Shown here: piece after piece, positions 1-8,022 of the stretch
How positions within the stretch are numbered: the first letter of the stretch is position 1
Layout: each line of letters starts with the position of its first letter
Origin: Nitrospirota bacterium
GTDB lineage: Bacteria; Nitrospirota; UBA9217
NCBI GenBank assembly: GCA_963818475.1
Contig: CAWFSF010000002.1
Location: 1-64,000 of the forward strand
Direction of reading: 5' to 3'
DNA length: 64,000 nt
Notes under the pieces: model-generated
What the model was told of the DNA's origin: nothing
What the model saw: the letters and a program-made list of their open reading frames with translations, nothing else
Database searches by the model: none
Translations under genes and position numbers: made by a program

Positions 1-504
1 GGGCAACAGCCCGTAAAGAAGCGACCCCAATTATTTTTCTCGTTCGGGTCCTGCGTGGGGAGCCAAACAAGTCAAAAACTGAGCATCCTGCACCCACTTG
101 TTGTCAAGAATTTATAGCACTGTTCTATAATCCGCTTCGAATGTTACCAGCTTCCGCTTACGCGTGATCGCCATCAGCCTCCGCCGCTTTTTTCTAAAAA
201 AGGTAGCTCACTTTTGATACTACCCCAATAATACCCTTAATTTAATCTTGTAAGGCAGTAAAAAACAGTTTATACTTTGGTCGTTTTGTATTTCTGAGCC
301 CCCGTATTGCTGATCCGGGGGCAGGGGCGCAGGATGTTAGGCATTCTTCTTGCCGAACTGGCAACCACCGAAAATTCGTTCTTTCCTAGCCTATGTAGAA
401 ACTCAAGTTTGGGTAATTTTGTTTGGAAGGCTTGACAAAATAAGCGGCTAATGTTTTACTGGATTGAATTAACTGGATCAAATCATGAATATGGGGGGCG
501 AAGG

Positions 505-1227
505 ATGATAAAATTTACGGCACCAATATTTGCTTACGTACTGTTTTTCTTGTTAGCTGTTAACGTGCAGGCCAATTCAGGAAATACCCACGCGGCGTTT
601 ATTCATTCGAAGCCTGCTTACGCTGACTATGAGCTAGCGGTCAACAGCACAGGAGGAGACTGCGCGCGGATAGGCATATGGGATAGCGGGACAAAAACCT
701 GCACCTTACAGATGGACCTCGTTCCTTCGGGCAATATTATAGACAATGGCAACACCATTATTTTGTCGATCAATGGAACCGGTATTGTGCTAGATGGAAA
801 TGGTCATTCCATAACCGGAACACACCGCGAAATGGGTGTTTACGTTGCCGGAAAACAGCATGTGACCGTGAAGAACCTGACTGTTACAGGCTGCGCGTAT
901 GGCTTATTCCTTATAGAGAAAACCACGAACGCAATCATCGAACAGAATATCATCGGGAACAATTATATGGGGATAAGCATTACCACTGACAGCAATAATA
1001 ATACAATATCTCACAATTCGGTGCTCGACAATAGTTTTAGCGGAATTTATCTTGGCTATTATGCTGATGGTAACAAGATAACCGACAATGTCGTTTTACG
1101 CAGCGGCTACGGTATTATGCTATATGGAAACGCTAGCAAAAACACAATAACCAATAACGTAATTGATAAAAGTGTTTTTGTCGGTTTTAACAGTTACGAC
1201 AACATCATCGAAGGAAATACATTTTAG
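505..1227 (+). CDS. Secreted right-handed parallel beta-helix (NosD/CASH-like) protein
   Basis: Signal peptide (MIKFTAP...VNVQA), LDGNGHSITG motif, repeated GI-x-L / N-x-I-x-N-N units; ATG at 505 preferred over 451. Confidence 0.75.
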   Translation: MIKFTAPIFAYVLFFLLAVNVQANSGNTHAAFIHSKPAYADYELAVNSTGGDCARIGIWDSGTKTCTLQMDLVPSGNIIDNGNTIILSINGTGIVLDGNGHSITGTHREMGVYVAGKQHVTVKNLTVTGCAYGLFLIEKTTNAIIEQNIIGNNYMGISITTDSNNNTISHNSVLDNSFSGIYLGYYADGNKITDNVVLRSGYGIMLYGNASKNTITNNVIDKSVFVGFNSYDNIIEGNTF

Positions 1228-1444
1228 AATTGCAGCATTGGAAAAAGAGGTCGTTTTTCAAAAGCGCAAAAGAACACGCATCCTTGTAACCTGACGAGAC
1301 AAGTCACTCTCCGGATGGATTAAGACACGATTAACTATTCTAGCTCAATACATTGGCGTGCCTTATCAAAGGCCAGTTATTATTTACTGCAGGACTACGT
1401 AGCATCGCATAAGAAACATTCGCGTTCTCTGCAAACTGTTCAAG

Positions 1445-1495
1445 ACCTAACAATTTCATTCGAGCCGCCCACGGGCGGCTCAATTCTTTCCTGAA
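1445..1495 (+). other. Degenerate attC-like site
   Basis: ACCTAAC-AATTTCATTCGAGCCGCCC-AC-GGGCGGCTCAATTC resembles the R'' and L boxes of 59-base elements; terminal GTT is missing. Confidence 0.45.
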
Positions 1496-1661
1496 TCTAT
1501 CCTTAATTTAACTCGCTCATTATCATTGGAAACTGGGCACCTCTTTTCATACTGCCATGGTTTTTTGCTGGATTGCCAGCCTCTGCCACGGTCATTTACT
1601 TAATCAATGGAAGACGTCGGATTTGCGACAAGTCGCTAAAAAAGTAAAGCTCACGCCCACC

Positions 1662-1708
1662 TTGACTCGACCTGAAATGTGGCTTATTATAGCTATAGAT
1701 ATCCACAT
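1662..1708 (+). promoter_or_regulatory. Sigma70 promoter with inverted-repeat operator for the TA operon
   Basis: TTGACT-N17-TATTAT (1662-1690); ATGTGG...CCACAT inverted repeat around the -10. Confidence 0.6.
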
Positions 1709-1722
1709 CATACGGAGGGGCG

Positions 1723-1956
1723 ATGAGAACCATTCAAATGACTTTAGATGATGACTTAGTTGCATCAGTCGACCAGGTCGTCAAAAAGCTAAAAACAACC
1801 CGGTCTGCTTTTGCGCGCATGGCATTGAGGAATGCCATCAAACAGGTCAATGTCAACCATCTGGAAAAAAAGCACAAAAAAGGATACGTGCAGCACCCTG
1901 CTGACAAAACGGAATTTAGCGTCTGGGAGTCGGAGCAAGAATGGGGTGATTTATGA
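1723..1956 (+). CDS. Ribbon-helix-helix (CopG/MazE-type) antitoxin
   Basis: MRTIQMTLDDDLVASVD...RSAFARMAL RHH signature, acidic C-terminus, overlaps the toxin start. Confidence 0.85.
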   Translation: MRTIQMTLDDDLVASVDQVVKKLKTTRSAFARMALRNAIKQVNVNHLEKKHKKGYVQHPADKTEFSVWESEQEWGDL

Positions 1957-2264
1957 AGCGGGGTGAGGTGCGATGGTATAAGTTCAAGCATCCCGATAAA
2001 AAGCGCCCAGTGGTTATCTTAACGCGAAATTCAATCCTGGAATATTTGGGGGAAGTTACTATCGCGCCGGTAACTTCAACAATTAGAGATATTCCGAGTG
2101 AAGTGCTTTTGTCCCGCTTAGATGGCATGCATAATGATTGTGCGGTTAATTGTGACCACATACAAACGGTGGCAAAATCGAACGTCGGACCGATGATTAC
2201 CTCCTTGTCAAAAGAAAAGCTCCGCGAGGTTCGTGACGCTATCAACTTTGCATTGAATCTCTAG
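1953..2264 (+). CDS. mazF: PemK/MazF family endoribonuclease toxin
   Basis: MKRGEV...KKRPVVIL...APVTST...DHIQTV motifs. Confidence 0.9.
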   Translation: MKRGEVRWYKFKHPDKKRPVVILTRNSILEYLGEVTIAPVTSTIRDIPSEVLLSRLDGMHNDCAVNCDHIQTVAKSNVGPMITSLSKEKLREVRDAINFALNL

Positions 2265-2415
2265 AACCTATCTCAAAATTAATCATCTATTCAAAGTTCG
2301 TCATACTCGCGAAAGCGGGTATCCAGAAAAGGCCGAAAACACTGGATTCCCGTTTACACGGGAATGACGCAAAAAGACGGACGAAAGCAAAAAACTGATT
2401 TTGAAATAGGTTCTA
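2262..2415. mobile_element. 154-bp MITE-like element with an internal REP-like palindrome pair
   Basis: TIRs TAGAACCTATCTCAAAAT / ATTTTGAAATAGGTTCTA (17/18 match); internal GTCATACTCGCGAAAGCGGGTATCCAG...CTGGATTCCCGTTTACACGGGAATGAC. Confidence 0.75.
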
Positions 2416-2446
2416 ATCTTGTACAGCACACCAGCACCTGCCACGC

Positions 2447-4288
2447 TCATGCATTCTTCTTGAGCAGATCCACAAGCTGCCTGACGGTCGCGAACAGATC
2501 CCCCGCTATCGGATGGACCCTTGGCGCACTCCGCGTCTGGTTCAACTTCATGAGCGGCGCCTCCCTGTCCTTGTTAAAGCAGAGGATCTCCGCGCGCGTG
2601 CCGAGATAGTCGATGTGCTGCGGCGCGCCCGAGATACCGAGGGCGATCATGAGCTTCGGGTTCACGCGCACGCCGGTCTGGCCGATCTGCGCTTCCAGCG
2701 GCTGAAGCTTCAGGTCCTGCGTGACCTTGCGCGTTGCGCCGAAGAACGGGGCCAGACCCATGCCTTCCAGGGTTTCCTTAAGCTCCAGGGCCAGCTTCAT
2801 TCCCGCTTCGTTCCTTATGCCGTAGCCCAGGTCTATGATGACGTCAGCCCCGGTAAGCGTCGGCGCCGCAACAGGAGACAGTGGCATGATCCAGTCGGCA
2901 GAAAGTGCAAGGTCGAGCGTTGCTGCTGAGAACGCGTCTGACAAGGCCGGTACGGGGAACTCCGCTTCTGCTGCGATCGTGGCAAGCAGAGAGCCGTTTT
3001 CGAATAGTTCTTTTCTGATAAGCTTATTGTTGTACGCAGGAGCTGAAAGGACCAGGCCTCCATCCCGCGCTACGATATCCGTCACGCCTGAACAGAGCAG
3101 GAATCGTTTCTCAGCCGTCTCTGACTCGCCAGCCTCATACGCGAAAGTGCTGACCCATTCGGGCCCGGCAAGAATGATCGCTCTGTCCGCGTTCTTCAAC
3201 ACGCTCCGGACAACCGTCCGCTTGCCGACCTTCGACAGCCTTCCCTTCTGCGTATCGACACAGAACGCCTGTTTGCACCCGTTCGCCTTGGCGAGCCCCA
3301 GAAGCTGCGGCCAGGAATCTCTCGGAGCACAGAGGATCGCATGTGATTCCCTCTTCAATAAACTCGCCACATGAGCGCAAGCGCGAAGTACGGCAACATT
3401 CGACCGGGGCTGCTGCGGATCAAGCAACGCCCAGACCGCATCTCCGTGGGACAGCGTCGCCCCTTTTGATACGTCGCCCGCGTAAGCCTGCGCAAGGGAA
3501 GCGCTGGCTGAAGCAGCATAGAGCTTCAGAAACTCGGCAGCGCCTGCGGCATCGGTGATGGTTTTGGTCTCCGCCTGCTTCCCTTCGGGCGATGCGAACC
3601 GGGTCTGCGCCGAATAGAGCTTTGCCGGTTCCATCACGTGTATCTTTGCGAATGCGCTTTCGATCGCCTGCGGCATCGGCATCACTTCCTCACGCGCAAT
3701 GCGGGTAATGCTCACCACAGCCGGCAGCGCAATATGCTCGAGGCCGGTGTTGTCTGTCTTGGCAATGATATGCTCCCTGCGGTAATGGACCCGCTTGAAG
3801 GCCCCGGCGAGATATGCGCCGAGGCTCTGGTCGCCATTCATGCAATCAGCACCAATGATGATAAGGTCGTAGGGATAGAGCGCTTCAAGGCTTTTCACGG
3901 TCTTGATAATGGACTGCGGCCCTGCTGCCGGGTCAAGCGACAGGCGATGCAGGTCATCGGCGCGCGCACCTGCTGCTGTGCGAAGGATCGCTTCATGCTC
4001 CGGGCCTCCGGGCATCAGCACATCCACGATCACGTGAGAACCGCTCTGTTCTTTCAGGTTCAGCACCTGCGTAAGTCCGGACAGATCGCAGGGGTCCGGC
4101 TGCCACACGAGCTCGCGCAAAACCCCGTCGGAGATGCGCGGTATCGGCGCACAATCGGCCACAGGCCTGACGATCGCGAGGATACGGATCCCGGCCAGCA
4201 CGCTGCCGGGGGAGAAAGCTGCCATCGGGGCTTTCCCCAATAGACGGTCCAGTACCGCATCAGCTGCACGCACCTCGGGCATAGTCAA
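2447..4288 (-). CDS. Electron transfer flavoprotein beta+alpha fused region (probable C-terminal part of a giant fusion)
   Basis: ETF-beta-like DLIIIGAD...GDQSLG; ETF-alpha ADVIIDLGYG...GATRKV...QIGQTG...ALGISGAPQH. Confidence 0.8.
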   Translation of the reverse strand: MTMPEVRAADAVLDRLLGKAPMAAFSPGSVLAGIRILAIVRPVADCAPIPRISDGVLRELVWQPDPCDLSGLTQVLNLKEQSGSHVIVDVLMPGGPEHEAILRTAAGARADDLHRLSLDPAAGPQSIIKTVKSLEALYPYDLIIIGADCMNGDQSLGAYLAGAFKRVHYRREHIIAKTDNTGLEHIALPAVVSITRIAREEVMPMPQAIESAFAKIHVMEPAKLYSAQTRFASPEGKQAETKTITDAAGAAEFLKLYAASASASLAQAYAGDVSKGATLSHGDAVWALLDPQQPRSNVAVLRACAHVASLLKRESHAILCAPRDSWPQLLGLAKANGCKQAFCVDTQKGRLSKVGKRTVVRSVLKNADRAIILAGPEWVSTFAYEAGESETAEKRFLLCSGVTDIVARDGGLVLSAPAYNNKLIRKELFENGSLLATIAAEAEFPVPALSDAFSAATLDLALSADWIMPLSPVAAPTLTGADVIIDLGYGIRNEAGMKLALELKETLEGMGLAPFFGATRKVTQDLKLQPLEAQIGQTGVRVNPKLMIALGISGAPQHIDYLGTRAEILCFNKDREAPLMKLNQTRSAPRVHPIAGDLFATVRQLVDLLKKNA

Positions 4289-7200
4289 GGTTCTCTTTCA
4301 CCAGCTCCCATGCTGCAGCAGACTTCCGGTCAAGCTCCGTGAGACGGGACAAAGCGCGTTCAGCTGCCCGTTCGCCTGCTTTCCGCATGGAAGGAACATA
4401 TTCGGGCGATGCAGCTGACAGCGCTTTTTCATGCTCCTTAAGCCATGCCATGCGGTACTGGATGCACTCCAGCTTCAGGATCTCGCCTGCCATTTCAGCG
4501 AGCGGGAACAGGGCCGGCTGGAGCATGGCATCGGCCCAGGCAGTATCGCCTAAAAGCAGAGCGGCCTCCTTTACCTTTATTCGCAGCTTGTTCTTCCAGG
4601 GCAGAAGCGCCAGCGCGCCGGAATCCCCGGGCTCGCCGGAAAGCTCGGGCCAGTCAGCTGCCAAAGCGATCAGGTCCTTGATGATCAGGAAGCGCTGCAC
4701 CTCGTTCGTTCCTTCATAGATCGTGAGAATGCGGCTGTCGCGCCGCGCCTTTTCGAGCAGATATTTCTCGGTCTGGCCGATCGGGCCGAAGGCGCGCTCC
4801 ACAAGCGTAAGAAACTCGTGAATGTCCTCGGAGCAGACAAATTTCGCTATGGCCGATTCCATGCGCACCGACTCGTGCGGCCGGTCGAAGAGGCCGACCA
4901 GATAGTAGGCCAGCGACTCGCTCCCGAACAGCACGGCTGCTGCTTCGCCGAGCAGACGGTCGCGTTCGGAAGAGGCCGGGATGGCCAGAAGGGCCTCCTG
5001 CATGAGCTTGCGCATGAGCGCGCCTGACACGACCGCCAGGCCGCAGCGGCCCACGTTGAGCGTTTCCAAGGCGTTCACCTGGCCGTGGCCTTCGTACCCG
5101 ATCACGGCCTCGCGCGGCACGCGCGCGCTGTCGATCGAGATCTCGTTGGTGGGAGAGCCGCGCTGGCCTGTCTTCTTTTCATCAGCACCGACCTTGAGCC
5201 CCTCGCTATGCCGGTCGACCATGAATCCGGTGACGCCTTCAGGCGTCTGGGCGTACAAACAGAACTGGGTCGCAATGCTGCCGTTGGTGATCCACATCTT
5301 TGCGCCGGTCAGGACATAGAACTCGTAAACCGCTCCACGAGCGGACTTCCGCACCTGGCCGATGTCATGAAACTCGCACCGTTTCCCCTGATAGCTGTAG
5401 TACCGCACACCCTGATCGGTCGCGTAATCGTAGGCATCGTATTTGATCTCAGCGATCCCGTTGTCCGGCGTCCGGTACGCGATCCCCTGGTCAATGAATT
5501 CGATCCTGTCCGCGTCGATCAGATAGCGCACGCTCGCTGCGTCGCTTTCGGTCAGAACAAAGGAGTACCTGCCGTCGGGAAGGGGCTGCAGCTCTGCGGA
5601 CTGCAAGGCTGCCGTTGTCTTGACCCCGCCTGAATCGGAGCCTGCCGTGGGCTCGGTCAGGGCAAAGGCGCTCACGCCGCCGTGGCCCAGATAGCGCAGA
5701 AAGAGCTTATGGCAGCGTTCGCGCCGCGGCAGCTCTTCAAGCGCCGCGTGCACGTCAGGCATCACTTTTTCGAACAGCTCCTTCGCCTGTTTGAGGTTCG
5801 TAATGAAACCGCCGAAATCGCCCCGCTTCCCGGAAATGCCGGCGCCGTAGAAAGCGCGCAGAAAGTGGGCGCCCAGGTACTTGACCACGCGCGTGCGGCG
5901 GATGCGCGTATCCACGAGCTGCATCACCGCCTCATACTCTTTCTTGATCCAGGCCGGGTTGGGACTGCCGAGGGTCGCGACGATCCTTCCGAGCCGCTCT
6001 TTGATCTCGCCGAGCTTCTTCTCGTCCTCTGCCAGCGGAGCCAGCTCTTCATGCACGCGCGGCAGCTCGTCCTGAAGCCCCAGCAGGATCGGCGTGGTGC
6101 CGATGCTCGTGCTCGCCATGATCAGAAGATCGATGGAAGCGTCGCCGAAGCTCCCGGCTGCGGAGTTCAAGATATAGTATTCCGCCTTATGCCACCCGAG
6201 TCCGTGCTCCGTTTGCGGAACGTAGGTGGCGAGCCACTTGTTCTTCTTTACCGCATCAATGACCTCGTCCGGCAAGCGGTGATGCTTCTCGATCGAGCGC
6301 TCGATGCTGAGCCCGTCGAAATCTTTGGAGCTGCAGTTCGTCTTGAACCAGCCCGCTAGCTCCGCCCACCGGGTCCTGAGTGCCCTGTCATGCAGCTGCA
6401 TCTCCGGCACAAAACGAAGCGTCGAGTCCGCTGCGGTGGTAAGAAAGCGGGCTGATCTATGCGGCGCGCCGGGAGCGTTGCAAAAGGATTCATAATCCGG
6501 TTCGAGCTTGATCACTGTTCCTGTCGGCTCGACAGGGAATACCGCCCGGGGAGAGACGCTGCCCTGACCGACTGAGCGCCCGGCTTTTGCCAGGGCCTCT
6601 TCGGCAAGCCCCAGCAGCACTTCGATGAGCGCTGCTGCTGCCTCATTGCTTTTGCCTTTCCTGAGTTCCTGTTCAGAATCAGCCAGCAGAGCGCGCACAC
6701 CGAGCGCGAGGGCCTTTGCCTCTCCAGCAAGCAAGGCATCGGCTTCGGCAGAGAGCGCTTTGCTTTGCTCCATGATGCGGCGCAAGCGCGCAACTGATCC
6801 GGCAAGCGGCTCTCCCTGTATGGCCTTCAGGCTGCCGAGCTCCGGAAGGACGCTCTCCAGGTCCGATGAACCCAGTGCCGCGTTCAGGCCTGCTGCTGCG
6901 CCATAACCCGGCGTCAGGAACCGGTAAAGCGATGAATCGCGATAGGAGCGCGACAGCAGATCGTCCTCGGAATAAGCGAACCCGCCGAACACCTGGCCGG
7001 CATCGTATCCCATGGTCCCGGCTTCAGGACCGAAAGCAAGGGCCGCGAGGGTGGAGCAGAGGGCGTGATAAAGTCCGGAGTCTTGAGTTCGGAGTTCGGG
7101 GTGAGCATGAAGATCGTAAAGCGTTTGGAGGAGTAAACGCCAGGCTTCGGTGCGGGCGATCAGGGCTTTTACCGCGCCGAGCTTTGCGATGCCGTCCCTG

Positions 7201-8018
7201 CCTTCGGTATCCAGCATCTGGCCCGGGAACTGGACCCTGCCGAGGGCGTGCTCCTTCACCCGCTTGCAGAGATAATCGCCTGCTCCGAGCGCAATGGCAA
7301 GATAGAAGCGGCTGTCCGGCGCATGCCCGCTGTCTGGTGCCATGATCGCCTGCTTGCTGATCGAACAATCAAGGGTGATGTCGGCAAGTGCCGCTGCTCT
7401 GAAACCGATCGCCGGCGTCAGCGTGACCGCGACTCCCGGCAGCGAGAGCGGCACAAGATGGCCGCGGCCATGAGCAATGATGAGGAGCGTGCTGCAGGCG
7501 GCGGTCGGGACCAGGCTGAGCGAACCCTGTATCCGGACGCTATCGATGGCCTCCTGAATATCGAGGTGGTCGCCGTGAACCGCAGCGATCCCGGGCGGGA
7601 GCGCGGTCTCCGCCTGTGCCAATGTACTGATGGCAAGGAACTGATGCGCTGCGACCAGCCCGAGAGCCGGGCTTACGCAGGACAGGGCGCGCACGGTCTC
7701 AGCCGGCTGCTCACGATGGTCAGCGATGAACTGCTGCATTTTTTCTTCCCATTCCGCCGGCAGGGGCGCTTCTTCCCATTGCTTTACGATCCTGTCCGGG
7801 AACAGGCTTGATGCCTCCTCATAGATAGTGCGGCCTGGCGCGTTCCGGCCGTTTTCTTGAGGGACGTTCGGAAGCTCCCAGGCAAGTATCCGTTCGTCGA
7901 TCCGTTTCGCAGTATAGAACGCGTGGAAGAACCGGCTCTCGCCAAGACGCGTTTCGAGGTCCTTTCGCTCCTTTTGCACGGCCGCTGCCTGCGCATGCCT
8001 GCTTTCGTTCGCAAGCAT
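4260..8018 (-). CDS. Tandem acyl-CoA dehydrogenase domains (probable middle part of a giant fusion)
   Basis: First domain RVQFPG...QVFGGFAYSED...YRDS; second domain AFALTEPTAGSD, GAKMWITNG, KTGQRGSPT, RILTIYEGTNEVQR. Confidence 0.85.
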   Translation of the reverse strand: MLANESRHAQAAAVQKERKDLETRLGESRFFHAFYTAKRIDERILAWELPNVPQENGRNAPGRTIYEEASSLFPDRIVKQWEEAPLPAEWEEKMQQFIADHREQPAETVRALSCVSPALGLVAAHQFLAISTLAQAETALPPGIAAVHGDHLDIQEAIDSVRIQGSLSLVPTAACSTLLIIAHGRGHLVPLSLPGVAVTLTPAIGFRAAALADITLDCSISKQAIMAPDSGHAPDSRFYLAIALGAGDYLCKRVKEHALGRVQFPGQMLDTEGRDGIAKLGAVKALIARTEAWRLLLQTLYDLHAHPELRTQDSGLYHALCSTLAALAFGPEAGTMGYDAGQVFGGFAYSEDDLLSRSYRDSSLYRFLTPGYGAAAGLNAALGSSDLESVLPELGSLKAIQGEPLAGSVARLRRIMEQSKALSAEADALLAGEAKALALGVRALLADSEQELRKGKSNEAAAALIEVLLGLAEEALAKAGRSVGQGSVSPRAVFPVEPTGTVIKLEPDYESFCNAPGAPHRSARFLTTAADSTLRFVPEMQLHDRALRTRWAELAGWFKTNCSSKDFDGLSIERSIEKHHRLPDEVIDAVKKNKWLATYVPQTEHGLGWHKAEYYILNSAAGSFGDASIDLLIMASTSIGTTPILLGLQDELPRVHEELAPLAEDEKKLGEIKERLGRIVATLGSPNPAWIKKEYEAVMQLVDTRIRRTRVVKYLGAHFLRAFYGAGISGKRGDFGGFITNLKQAKELFEKVMPDVHAALEELPRRERCHKLFLRYLGHGGVSAFALTEPTAGSDSGGVKTTAALQSAELQPLPDGRYSFVLTESDAASVRYLIDADRIEFIDQGIAYRTPDNGIAEIKYDAYDYATDQGVRYYSYQGKRCEFHDIGQVRKSARGAVYEFYVLTGAKMWITNGSIATQFCLYAQTPEGVTGFMVDRHSEGLKVGADEKKTGQRGSPTNEISIDSARVPREAVIGYEGHGQVNALETLNVGRCGLAVVSGALMRKLMQEALLAIPASSERDRLLGEAAAVLFGSESLAYYLVGLFDRPHESVRMESAIAKFVCSEDIHEFLTLVERAFGPIGQTEKYLLEKARRDSRILTIYEGTNEVQRFLIIKDLIALAADWPELSGEPGDSGALALLPWKNKLRIKVKEAALLLGDTAWADAMLQPALFPLAEMAGEILKLECIQYRMAWLKEHEKALSAASPEYVPSMRKAGERAAERALSRLTELDRKSAAAWELVKENLDYARGACS

Positions 8019-8022
8019 GGCT

